DNA of 24,000 nucleotides from Stutzerimonas stutzeri (GTDB lineage Bacteria; Pseudomonadota; Gammaproteobacteria; Pseudomonadales; Pseudomonadaceae): NCBI RefSeq assembly GCF_009789555.1, contig NZ_CP046902.1, positions 4,168,856 to 4,192,855 of the forward strand, read 5' to 3'. Shown piece by piece: positions 16,360 to 24,000 of this stretch (position 1 is its first letter; each line of letters starts with the position of its first letter). The notes under the pieces were generated by a model. It saw only the letters and a program-made list of their open reading frames with translations, ran no database searches and was not told where the DNA came from. The position numbers and the translations under genes were made by a program.

Positions 16360-17883
16360 ATGACCAACCCGCCCGATCATTCATCCACCCCCGACTACGA
16401 ATGGCCGCGCATTTCCACCGGCAGCACCGGCCTGGACGACATTCTCGGCGGCGGCCTGGACCCCAACCGGATGTATCTGTACGAGGGCAGCCCAGGCTCC
16501 GGCAAGACCACCATCGCGCTGCAATTTCTTCTCGAAGGCGTGCGCCACGGCGAGCGCGTGCTCTACGTAACGCTGTCGGAAACCAAGCAGGAGCTGGAAC
16601 TCGTCGCCAAGCGCCACGGCTGGTCACTAGAAGGCATCGATGTGTTCGAGCTGGTGACGCCCGAGGATTCGCTCGACCCCGAGCTCGAGCTGACCGTGCT
16701 GCACCCCGCGGAAATGGAGTTGAGCGAGACGACCAAACAGGTCTTCGACCGCGTCACTGAGACAAACCCGACGCGGGTCGTCTTCGACAGCCTGTCCGAG
16801 ATGCGCCTGCTCGCGCAGAGCCCGCTGCGTTATCGCCGGCAGGTGCTGGCGCTCAAGCACTTTTTCACCACGCGCCGTTGCACCGTGATCCTGCTTGACG
16901 ACCAGACCTCGGAAAGCGGCGACCTCCAGTTGCACTCGATCTCCCACGGTGTCGTGATGCTCGAACAACTGGCCATCGATTACGGTGCCGAGCGCAGACG
17001 GCTGCGGGTAATCAAGATGCGCGGCATCAAGTTCCGCGGTGGCTATCACGACTTCACCATCAAGACCGGCGGCCTGGCGATCTACCCCCGCCTGATCGCC
17101 GCTGAACACCACTCGCCCTTCGTCGGTGAACTCACCTCCAGCGGTACCGCTGAGCTGGACCAGATGCTGGGGGGTGGCCTGGAGCGCGGCACCAACGCGC
17201 TGCTGATCGGCGCCGCCGGGGTTGGCAAATCATCCGTGGCGCTGGGCTTTGCCGCCGCTGCCTGCAAGCGCGGGGAACATGTCGCCTTCTTCGTGTTCGA
17301 CGAGGGCATCGGCACACTGCTGGCGCGCGCACGGGCGCTCGGGCTGGACCTCGACCCCTGGATCGAAGGCGGCCTGCTGCACTTGCAACAGGTCGACCCC
17401 GCGGAGCTGTCGCCCGGCGAATTCACCGCCGCGGTACGCCACAGCGTCGAGGAACAAGCCGCGCAGCTGGTCATCATGGATAGCCTCAACGGCTACCTGA
17501 ACGCCATGCCCGACGGACGGTTCCTGATCTTGCAGATGCATGAACTGTTGAGTTATCTCGGACAGAAAGGCGTGATCAGCGTGATGGTACTGGCCCAGCA
17601 TGGGCTGGTAGGGCCGATGGATACGCCAATCGATATCAGCTACCTCAGTGATACGGTTATCATGCTGCGCTATTTCGAGCATGCCGGCGTGGTTCGGCGT
17701 GCGCTGTCGGTGGTAAAAAAACGCAGCGGACGTCACGAAGACACCATTCGAGAGTTCCGCCTTGGCGCTTCCGGCATCAGGGTCGGACGGCCGCTCGTGA
17801 ACTTCAGCGGCATATTCTCGGGCACGCCCACGTACACCGGCGATGCCAACCCCCTCATGAAAGACGAGCATGACGACACCTAA
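16360..17883 (+). CDS. kaiC: KaiC-like double RecA-domain ATPase
   Basis: AAGGAG RBS. Two tandem domains each carry a Walker A (GSPGSGKTT; GAAGVGKSS) and GLDDILGGGL / LDQMLGGGLERG. The C-terminal ...DISYLSDTVIMLRYFEHAGVVRRALSVVKKRSGRHEDTIREF aligns with the S. elongatus KaiC CII region ...HISTITDTIILLQYVEIRGEMSRAINVFKMRGSWHDKAIREF. Confidence 0.88.
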   Translation: MTNPPDHSSTPDYEWPRISTGSTGLDDILGGGLDPNRMYLYEGSPGSGKTTIALQFLLEGVRHGERVLYVTLSETKQELELVAKRHGWSLEGIDVFELVTPEDSLDPELELTVLHPAEMELSETTKQVFDRVTETNPTRVVFDSLSEMRLLAQSPLRYRRQVLALKHFFTTRRCTVILLDDQTSESGDLQLHSISHGVVMLEQLAIDYGAERRRLRVIKMRGIKFRGGYHDFTIKTGGLAIYPRLIAAEHHSPFVGELTSSGTAELDQMLGGGLERGTNALLIGAAGVGKSSVALGFAAAACKRGEHVAFFVFDEGIGTLLARARALGLDLDPWIEGGLLHLQQVDPAELSPGEFTAAVRHSVEEQAAQLVIMDSLNGYLNAMPDGRFLILQMHELLSYLGQKGVISVMVLAQHGLVGPMDTPIDISYLSDTVIMLRYFEHAGVVRRALSVVKKRSGRHEDTIREFRLGASGIRVGRPLVNFSGIFSGTPTYTGDANPLMKDEHDDT

Positions 17884-19564
17884 GCGAGACAGCCCACTAG
17901 TAGTCGTCTTCGCTCCCATTGGCAGGGACGGGCCCGCGACCGCCGACCTGCTACGCCGCAGCGGCATGAATGCCGACGTCTGCCACAGCGTCGGCGAGGT
18001 ACTGGAGCGGGCCGAGTCCGATGCCGATGCGGTGTTCATTGCCGAAGAGGCGTTGTTCGGCCAGGACCTCCAGGACCTCGCCGCCTGGGTGGATCGTCAA
18101 CCGGCATGGTCCGACTTCCCATTCGTGGTACTGACCAGCAAGCACCGTCAACCGGCTGTCAGTGCCTGGCGACAACGCCTGGTCGCAACGCTGCGCAACG
18201 TCTCGCTGCTCGAACGGCCGGTGCAAAGCATCACCCTGACCAGCGCCCTCCAGGCGGCGGTGCGCGGTCGCCTTCGCCAATATGAGGTCCGCGCGTTGAT
18301 CGAGGCCCGCGAGCAGGCCTCGCATGAACTCGAGGCGCTGGTTGTCGAGCGAACCCGCGCGCTCGAACAGGCCAACGTCGAGTTGCGCACGCAGATGGCC
18401 GAGCGCGCGCACATCGAAGAAACACTGCGCCAGACACAAAAGATCGAGGCCATCGGACAACTCACCGGCGGCATCGCCCATGATTTCAATAATTTGCTGA
18501 TGGTCATTGCTGGCGGCCTCGACATGATCGATCGCCGCTCCGATCCGGAACGCCGCCAGCGTTTGATGGATGGCATGCGCCAGGCCGCACAGCGAGGGGC
18601 CGCGCTGACCCGCCAGTTACTCGCCTTTTCCCGGCGGCAATCGCTGGCACCCGAGCCGGTCGACCTCGCCCATCGCATCAGCCGGATGCGCGAGCTGCTT
18701 GACCGCAGCCTGCGGGGCGACGTGCATGTCGAGGTGCAGTTCGCTTCGGACCTGTGGCCAGTGGAAGTCGATCCGGGCGAATTGGAGCTGGTGATTCTCA
18801 ACCTCGCAGTCAACGCACGCGACGCGATGCCTGAAGGCGGAACGATTTTGCTGCAGGCCTCGAATGCGCCTGACGAGCACGTGCTTGGCCGACGCGGCGA
18901 TTTCGTTCGCCTGGCGGTGATCGACACCGGTACCGGCATCCCCGCCGAGGTGCGCGGCCGCGTATTCGACCCCTTTTTCACCACCAAGGAAATCGGCAAG
19001 GGCTCCGGCCTCGGCCTGGCGCAGGTCTATGGGTTCGCTCGGCAATCCGGCGGTACGGTATGGATCGACACCGAATGCGGCGAGGGCACCAGCGTGATTC
19101 TCCTGCTGCCCCGCTCGGCCACCGCGCCGGACGAGCCTGGCCAGTCCGGCAAACTGCAGGTGGACATACCCGTGGGCGCGTCGGCCGGCAACGTTTTGTT
19201 GGTCGATGACGATGAAGAGGTCGCGGCGCTGGTGGGCGAAATGCTCCAGCACCTGGGCTTCACCGTGACCCATGCCGCCAGTGCCGCTGCGGCACTCGGC
19301 GCGCTGGCCAATGGACGCGCGGTGGACATCGTCTTCTCCGACGTGATGATGCCCGGCGGCATGAATGGCGTGGAACTGGCGCGTGAGATCCGCGCAAGGC
19401 GCCTCGATATTCCGGTTCTGCTGACCAGCGGCTATGCCGAGGCCGCAAAAAAGGCGGCGGCCGACGAAGGTGTCTACGTGCTCGCCAAGCCCTATCGGCT
19501 GGAAGAACTGGCCCTTGCGATCCGCGAGGCGATGACCAGCGCGGCCGCAAATCAAATGGCATGA
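17870..19564 (+). CDS. hybrid histidine kinase: N-terminal pseudo-receiver, coiled coil, HisKA, HATPase_c and C-terminal receiver
   Basis: The start overlaps the kaiC-like stop by 14 nt. H-box QKIEAIGQLTGGIAHDFNNLL. NLAVNARDAM, DTGTGI, GSGLGL. REC VLLVDDDEEV...VFSDVMMPGGMNG...LAKPY. The N-terminal ~120 aa has a REC-like alpha/beta pattern without the acidic pocket. Confidence 0.9.
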   Translation: MTTPKRDSPLVVVFAPIGRDGPATADLLRRSGMNADVCHSVGEVLERAESDADAVFIAEEALFGQDLQDLAAWVDRQPAWSDFPFVVLTSKHRQPAVSAWRQRLVATLRNVSLLERPVQSITLTSALQAAVRGRLRQYEVRALIEAREQASHELEALVVERTRALEQANVELRTQMAERAHIEETLRQTQKIEAIGQLTGGIAHDFNNLLMVIAGGLDMIDRRSDPERRQRLMDGMRQAAQRGAALTRQLLAFSRRQSLAPEPVDLAHRISRMRELLDRSLRGDVHVEVQFASDLWPVEVDPGELELVILNLAVNARDAMPEGGTILLQASNAPDEHVLGRRGDFVRLAVIDTGTGIPAEVRGRVFDPFFTTKEIGKGSGLGLAQVYGFARQSGGTVWIDTECGEGTSVILLLPRSATAPDEPGQSGKLQVDIPVGASAGNVLLVDDDEEVAALVGEMLQHLGFTVTHAASAAAALGALANGRAVDIVFSDVMMPGGMNGVELAREIRARRLDIPVLLTSGYAEAAKKAAADEGVYVLAKPYRLEELALAIREAMTSAAANQMA

Positions 19565-19637
19565 CCACGCCCGGCGCGTCGCGGCAGCGATCGGGGACCG
19601 CCGAGGCAGCAAGAGGCCGAACCAAGCGGCGCTCGCA

Positions 19638-19663
19638 TCGTCGAAACGCAGTCGTCGAAACGC
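19638..19663 (+). repeat. tandem direct repeat TCGTCGAAACGC x2 (14-bp period) upstream of the esterase-like gene
   Basis: Identical 12-mers at 19638..19649 and 19652..19663, 28 nt upstream of ATG 19691. Confidence 0.6.
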
Positions 19664-19690
19664 CAAACCGGCCCTAACGAAGGATTGGCC

Positions 19691-21232
19691 ATGTCCGAAC
19701 CGTCCCGAATCTGCGCACACTCATCCCGCGAAGCAGCAGCCACACCGCGCTGGACCACGGTAATACTGGGCGCGGTGCTGCTCGCCGGCCCCCTGGGCTC
19801 GTTTGCCAACGACCCGTCGCTGGCAGACCGCGATGCGCAGAACAAGCGCTTCAGCGAGCGGCTCATGGCCCAACCCGCTCAACATGCCCCGATGCCGACG
19901 GCGAAATACAACCACGTCATCACCTACGGTCAGTCTCTGGCTTCGGCTGCCGAAGGCTGGCCGGCGCTGTCGAAACAACCGCGGTACGACAATCTGATGC
20001 TGGGCGACTCGGTGCGTTCAGCGACTTACAGCGGAGCCCGCTTCGTACCGGTCGGCGGCGCGTCGTTCAAGCCGCTCAAGGCCGTGGTCCAGCTCAAGCG
20101 AGATCCGAAAATCATCCTCGATGGCAAGGCGGTGGCCCTGCTCGAAGACGCTGCGCAGGAGGAAGGCGAATCCGTCGAGGTCGGTGCGCTGAACATGGCC
20201 CGCCGCCTTTACCTGGAGGCACGAGGCACCGAAGCCGACCCCGAACACATATTCGTCGCAAGCAACGCCTCCACCTCCGGGCGCTCCATCGCGCAGTTGT
20301 CCAAGCGCGGCGGCACCGGCGAATACCGCCGCGTACTGCAAGCAGTCGACCAGGCCAGGCAGGTAGCCGAGGCCGAAGGGGCCAGCTACAGCCTCAGCGC
20401 GTTCTTCTGGCTGCAGGGGGAGTACGACTATTCGCAGGTCCAGGGCGGTGTCAACGACAAGGCCACCTACAAGAACATGTTGCGACAGTTGCGCGATGAC
20501 CTGAACGCCGACACCGCGCAGGCGCTCACAGGACAGCAACGGATGCCAGCGTTCATCAGCTACCAGACCGATGCCAAGTCATCGGTGGTCAATGGCAGCC
20601 TCGATATCGGAATGGCGCAGTGGGAACTCGCTCAGGAGCAGCCGAACTGGTACCTCGCAGGTCCCGTTTACCCGTACGTGGACAAGGGCACGCACCTGTC
20701 GGCGAACGGTTACCGCTGGTTCGGACAAATGCTCGGGAAGGTGTTTCATCGGGTGATCGTGGAGCGTCGCGACTGGCAACCGCTATCACCGCGCGGCGCC
20801 ACCGTCGAAGGCCGCGAAATACTGATCGACTTCCATGTGCCGCATCCGCCGCTGGTGTTCGACCAGCCCTATCTCGGCTACCAGCCGCGCACGATCGACA
20901 ACCGCGGCTTCACCCTGGCCGACGAACTGGGCGAGGTGCCCATCGGGTCCGTGGACATCGCGGCCGATACGGTGGTGCGGCTGAGCGCCAGCCGCGATCT
21001 GGTCGGATCACCGCGAATCCGTTATGCCAGCCATGCGGTCGGCGGCGCTGGCGAACTGCGCGACAGCGACCCGACCCGGGCCGATGCCGCCTATCGATAC
21101 CTGCCGCACGAAGGCATGCCCCGCGAGGCGAATATCGCCGCGCTGGTCGATAAGCCTTATCCCTTGCACAACTGGAGCATTGCGTTCGAAATACAGGCGC
21201 GCCGCATCGATGCCGCCCGGCCTCAGCCTTGA
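19691..21232 (+). CDS. secreted SGNH/SASA-like (sialate O-acetylesterase/DUF303-type) carbohydrate esterase with an extra C-terminal domain
   Basis: AAGGA RBS 6 nt before ATG 19691 (the track start 19685 is TTG). Signal peptide ...VILGAVLLAGPLGSFA-ND. ITYGQSLA (GQSN-like nucleophile block), FFWLQGEYD (WYQGE block), THLSANGYRWFGQMLG (catalytic His block). About 170 C-terminal residues of unrecognised fold. Confidence 0.55.
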   Translation: MSEPSRICAHSSREAAATPRWTTVILGAVLLAGPLGSFANDPSLADRDAQNKRFSERLMAQPAQHAPMPTAKYNHVITYGQSLASAAEGWPALSKQPRYDNLMLGDSVRSATYSGARFVPVGGASFKPLKAVVQLKRDPKIILDGKAVALLEDAAQEEGESVEVGALNMARRLYLEARGTEADPEHIFVASNASTSGRSIAQLSKRGGTGEYRRVLQAVDQARQVAEAEGASYSLSAFFWLQGEYDYSQVQGGVNDKATYKNMLRQLRDDLNADTAQALTGQQRMPAFISYQTDAKSSVVNGSLDIGMAQWELAQEQPNWYLAGPVYPYVDKGTHLSANGYRWFGQMLGKVFHRVIVERRDWQPLSPRGATVEGREILIDFHVPHPPLVFDQPYLGYQPRTIDNRGFTLADELGEVPIGSVDIAADTVVRLSASRDLVGSPRIRYASHAVGGAGELRDSDPTRADAAYRYLPHEGMPREANIAALVDKPYPLHNWSIAFEIQARRIDAARPQP

Positions 21233-21259
21233 CGCGACGGTCCCCTCAGGCGCCCTGCT

Positions 21260-22180
21260 TCAGGCGATGCTGCGCAAGCGAGCCATGTCCTTGACCGGCG
21301 AGGCCCCGAACAAGCGGCTGTACTCGCGGCTGAATTGCGACGGGCTCTCATAACCGACCCGGTACCCGGCCGCTGACACTTCGAGTCCTTCGGTCATCAG
21401 CAAGCGCCGCGCTTCCTGCAAACGAAGCTGTTTCTGATACTGCAACGGGCTCATGGCGGTCAGCGCCTTGAAGCGATGATGCAGGCTGGAACTGCTGAGG
21501 TTGACCCGGTTCGCCAGCTCCTCGATGCGCAGCGGCTCGACATAGTTCTGGTTGAGCCATTCAATGGCGCGGTTGACCCGGTGCGACTGACTCCCCTGCA
21601 GCGCCACGTCCCGCAGATGGCGCCCCTGCGGCCCGCAAAGCAGCCGATAGAAGATCTCGCGCACAGCGAGCGGCGCCAGCACCGGGATGTCGTGTGGGCT
21701 GCCCAGCAGACGCACCAGCCGCAGGGTCGCATCCAGCAACGGCGCATCGATGCGGTCCAGATACAAGCCTCGGCCGTTCGGCTCGGAGCTGGACATGAGC
21801 GGCGCGGCCTCGTTGACCAGCCCGGCGATCAGTGAGGGGTCGATGTCCAGCCGGATGCAGATGTACGGTTCGGCGCTGGAGGCCCGGACCACACACCCAG
21901 CCACTGGCAGCGTCACCGAAACCACCAGATAGTGCAGCGGATCGTAGCAATAGCGCTCATCGGCCAGACGCACCTCCTTGCCACCCTGGACGATGATGCA
22001 CAGCGCCGGCTTGTGCAGCCCATAAGTCATCTCGCCGGGCTTTTCGCAACGAATCAGGTACAGCGGCTCGATAGCCGTCGGGTGCATGCCGTCACCGCTG
22101 ACGTAATCGTCCACCAACCGCGCCAGTTCGGCGCGCTGGGCACGGGTGTCATCGGCCGGGGGAGTAATGAATGAGTTCAT
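21260..22180 (-). CDS. AraC-family transcriptional regulator (AraC_N-type ligand domain plus 2x HTH)
   Basis: The C-terminal ...IEELANRVNLSSSSLHHRFKALTAMSPLQYQKQLRLQEARRLLMTEGLEVSAAGYRVGYESPSQFSREYSRLFGASP is the canonical AraC HTH. Confidence 0.9.
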   Translation of the reverse strand: MNSFITPPADDTRAQRAELARLVDDYVSGDGMHPTAIEPLYLIRCEKPGEMTYGLHKPALCIIVQGGKEVRLADERYCYDPLHYLVVSVTLPVAGCVVRASSAEPYICIRLDIDPSLIAGLVNEAAPLMSSSEPNGRGLYLDRIDAPLLDATLRLVRLLGSPHDIPVLAPLAVREIFYRLLCGPQGRHLRDVALQGSQSHRVNRAIEWLNQNYVEPLRIEELANRVNLSSSSLHHRFKALTAMSPLQYQKQLRLQEARRLLMTEGLEVSAAGYRVGYESPSQFSREYSRLFGASPVKDMARLRSIA

Positions 22181-22312
22181 GGCAGCCGGCTCTCGGAAAA
22201 GACGAAGGGAAAGAGCTTAGCAGCTCGCGTGCGCAATGCATTATCCGGTCGGCTGGGCCGCGCCAGACAGCCAACCCGCAGGGCGCGTCCGTCAGTTGAT
22301 GCGCCTGAGCGT

Positions 22313-22340
22313 TTGACAGATCGGCGAGCCGCCCTAGTAT
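22313..22340 (+). promoter_or_regulatory. candidate sigma70 promoter for the TAXI-TRAP genes
   Basis: Perfect -35 TTGACA (22313..22318), 16-nt spacer, -10 TAGTAT (22335..22340, 4/6). About 60 nt upstream of ATG 22404. Confidence 0.5.
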
Positions 22341-22403
22341 CAATTTCAAAACATGGTATCGCACTGCAAAATAAAAACAGGCTTTCAAGCCGAGGAGTGA
22401 ACG

Positions 22404-23567
22404 ATGCATCGCACTGCCCGCCCCATCCTGCTGGCCCCTTTCGCGCTGTATATGGGATTGACCGGAACCGCACTGGCCAAGGAGGTCGAGCTGCCCAGGA
22501 CCATGGCCTGGTCGGCCTACGGCACCAATTCCAGCGGTTACACCCAGGCTGTCGCCATCGGCGCGATGCTGCAGAAGAACTACGGTACGGCGCTGCGCAT
22601 CCTGCCCGGGGAGAACGACGTGTCGCGTATGACGCCGCTCAAAGGCGGTCGCGTCGACATCTGCGCCTGTGGCATCGCCGCTTACTTCGGCGCCGAAGGC
22701 GTGCTGATGTTCGCCACGCCGGACTGGGGCCCGCAACCGCTGCGGGTGATCACCACCTCGATCGCCTCGTTCTCGATGTCCCCCGCGGTGGCCGGCGACC
22801 TTGGCGTGAAGACCCCAGCCGACCTGAAGGGTCGCAAGATTTCCTACATTCGCGGCGACGACGCCTTGAACAAGGGCACCGAGGCCTATCTGGCCTTTGG
22901 CGGGCTGACCTGGGACGATGTCGAGCGGGTCGATTTCCCGGGCTATGGCCGCTCATTCGACGGCATCATCGCCGGCCAGTCCGACGCGGCCTTCACCAGC
23001 ACGGTGACCCCGGTCGCCCAGCAACTGGCCAGCAGTCCGCGCGGGATCACTTGGCCAACGCTCGCCCCGGACGACCAGGAAGGTTGGGCGCGCATGCAGA
23101 AGGTCGCGCCCTATTTCCAACCGCACGTCATGACGTCCGGGGCAGGCGGGGTGTCTCAGGACAACCCGGTCGACAGCGCCAGCTATCCTTACCCGATCAT
23201 CGTCAGCAACGCCGATTTCGAGAACGACACCGCCTACTCGCTGATCAAGGCCCTGCAGGACGGTCATGCCGACTACAAGGACGCCGCGCCCGGCGCCGCC
23301 GGCTACGCAATGGACAAGCAGAACATGACGTGGGTGATTCCGTTCCATGACGCCGTGGTCGAGTACTACAAGGAAAAAGGCGTGTGGACCGACGCCATGC
23401 AGGCCCACCAGGACCAGTTGGTCAAGCGCCAGAACCTGCTGATCGATACCTGGAAGCGGTTTACCGACAGCAACCCACCGCAAGACGAAGCGGCCTTCTC
23501 CCAGGCCTGGATGACGACCCGTGCCGACGCCCTGCGCCAGGCCGGGCTGGACCCGGTGTTCGAATAA
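22404..23567 (+). CDS. TAXI-family TRAP transporter solute-binding subunit
   Basis: GAGGAG RBS, signal peptide ...LTGTALA-KE, then RTMAWSAYGTNSSGYTQAVAIGAMLQKNYG...LRILPGENDVSRMTPLKGGRVD, typical of TAXI receptors. Confidence 0.85.
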   Translation: MHRTARPILLAPFALYMGLTGTALAKEVELPRTMAWSAYGTNSSGYTQAVAIGAMLQKNYGTALRILPGENDVSRMTPLKGGRVDICACGIAAYFGAEGVLMFATPDWGPQPLRVITTSIASFSMSPAVAGDLGVKTPADLKGRKISYIRGDDALNKGTEAYLAFGGLTWDDVERVDFPGYGRSFDGIIAGQSDAAFTSTVTPVAQQLASSPRGITWPTLAPDDQEGWARMQKVAPYFQPHVMTSGAGGVSQDNPVDSASYPYPIIVSNADFENDTAYSLIKALQDGHADYKDAAPGAAGYAMDKQNMTWVIPFHDAVVEYYKEKGVWTDAMQAHQDQLVKRQNLLIDTWKRFTDSNPPQDEAAFSQAWMTTRADALRQAGLDPVFE

Positions 23568-23594
23568 CCACACCCCGGCGGTCACGACACTCAG

Positions 23595-23612
23595 GCGGCC
23601 GGCATCGGCCGC
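23595..23612 (+). other. intercistronic GC hairpin between the TAXI receptor and permease genes
   Basis: gcggccg-gcat-cggccgc, a 7-bp perfect stem with a 4-nt loop and no U-tract. It could be an mRNA-stability or attenuation element. Confidence 0.3.
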
Positions 23613-23643
23613 ACGTTCGCACCCGACAGGTCCGGAGCAGCCG

Positions 23644-24000
23644 ATGAATGCCACCACTGATCCCGCGCCGCAGAATCTCGGCGAGCAGATATCCCGGGTC
23701 CGCGTTCTGCCGCCGTCGCTGCGCTGGCTGCCGGGCACCGTGACGGTCCTGCTGACCCTGCTGACGCTCGATTATCTGTTCAATCTGGGCCTGCTCACGG
23801 TCGTGACTGGCCTGGAGACGCAGTTCTATTACGCCGTGGTCGCGCTGCTGCTGCCGCTGGTGTTCCTGCTCTGGCCCGCGCGCGCGAGCGGGCAGGACAA
23901 GCCGGTGCCCGGGTACGACTACCTGCTGTTCATTGCCGCTGTGGTGGTGGCGGGCTATTTCGTGGTCAAGGCCGAGACCATTCTCGAACGTGGATGGGGC
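23644..24000 (+). CDS. TRAP transporter fused permease (TAXI-associated), N-terminal part only
   Basis: ATG 23644 opens a frame that stays open to the window end. It encodes hydrophobic helices (VTVLLTLLTLDYLFNLGLL; YYAVVALLLPLVFLLWP; LLFIAAVVVAGYFVV) and sits directly downstream of the TAXI receptor. Confidence 0.8.
   Translation, partial: MNATTDPAPQNLGEQISRVRVLPPSLRWLPGTVTVLLTLLTLDYLFNLGLLTVVTGLETQFYYAVVALLLPLVFLLWPARASGQDKPVPGYDYLLFIAAVVVAGYFVVKAETILERGWG

Noticed and set aside
22354-22368. Sigma54-like element TGGTAT-cgcac-TGCA upstream of the TAXI gene.
   Set aside because: The GG-to-GC spacing is one nucleotide shorter than the strict -24/-12 geometry, and the -24 box is TGGTAT rather than TGGCAC. 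No enhancer-binding protein gene is nearby.

Overview
High-GC window, probably from a Pseudomonas-like gammaproteobacterium (inferred from gene content and codon style). I count about 23 protein-coding genes. I found no rRNA, tRNA, CRISPR array, transposase or integrase. Left third (1-8 kb): ordinary accessory and housekeeping genes. These are a partial PQQ-dependent sugar dehydrogenase, a small SutA-like protein, an S4-domain pseudouridine-synthase-family protein, an orphan periplasmic binding protein, two lipoproteins, an SDR / aldo-keto reductase / VOC cluster, and a LysE exporter. Centre (8.1-12.3 kb): a complete curli (type VIII secretion, functional amyloid) locus. All genes lie on one strand in the order csgD-csgE-csgF-csgG-csgB-like-csgA-like. 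The csgA-like gene encodes a 424-aa protein with about 17 repeat equivalents. The csgB-like gene has its signal peptide and its curlin repeats in different reading frames. Right half: a convergent triple-PAS hybrid histidine kinase, an RlmI-like methyltransferase, then a KaiC-like double-RecA ATPase. The KaiC-like gene overlaps by 14 nt a second hybrid kinase that starts with a pseudo-receiver domain, and no kaiA or kaiB is present. After that come a secreted SASA/SGNH-like esterase, an AraC regulator and the start of a TAXI-TRAP transporter. The regions most worth follow-up are the atypical curli locus and the adjacent KaiC-kinase signalling block. All calls rest on manual translation and remembered family motifs. 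No database search was run.
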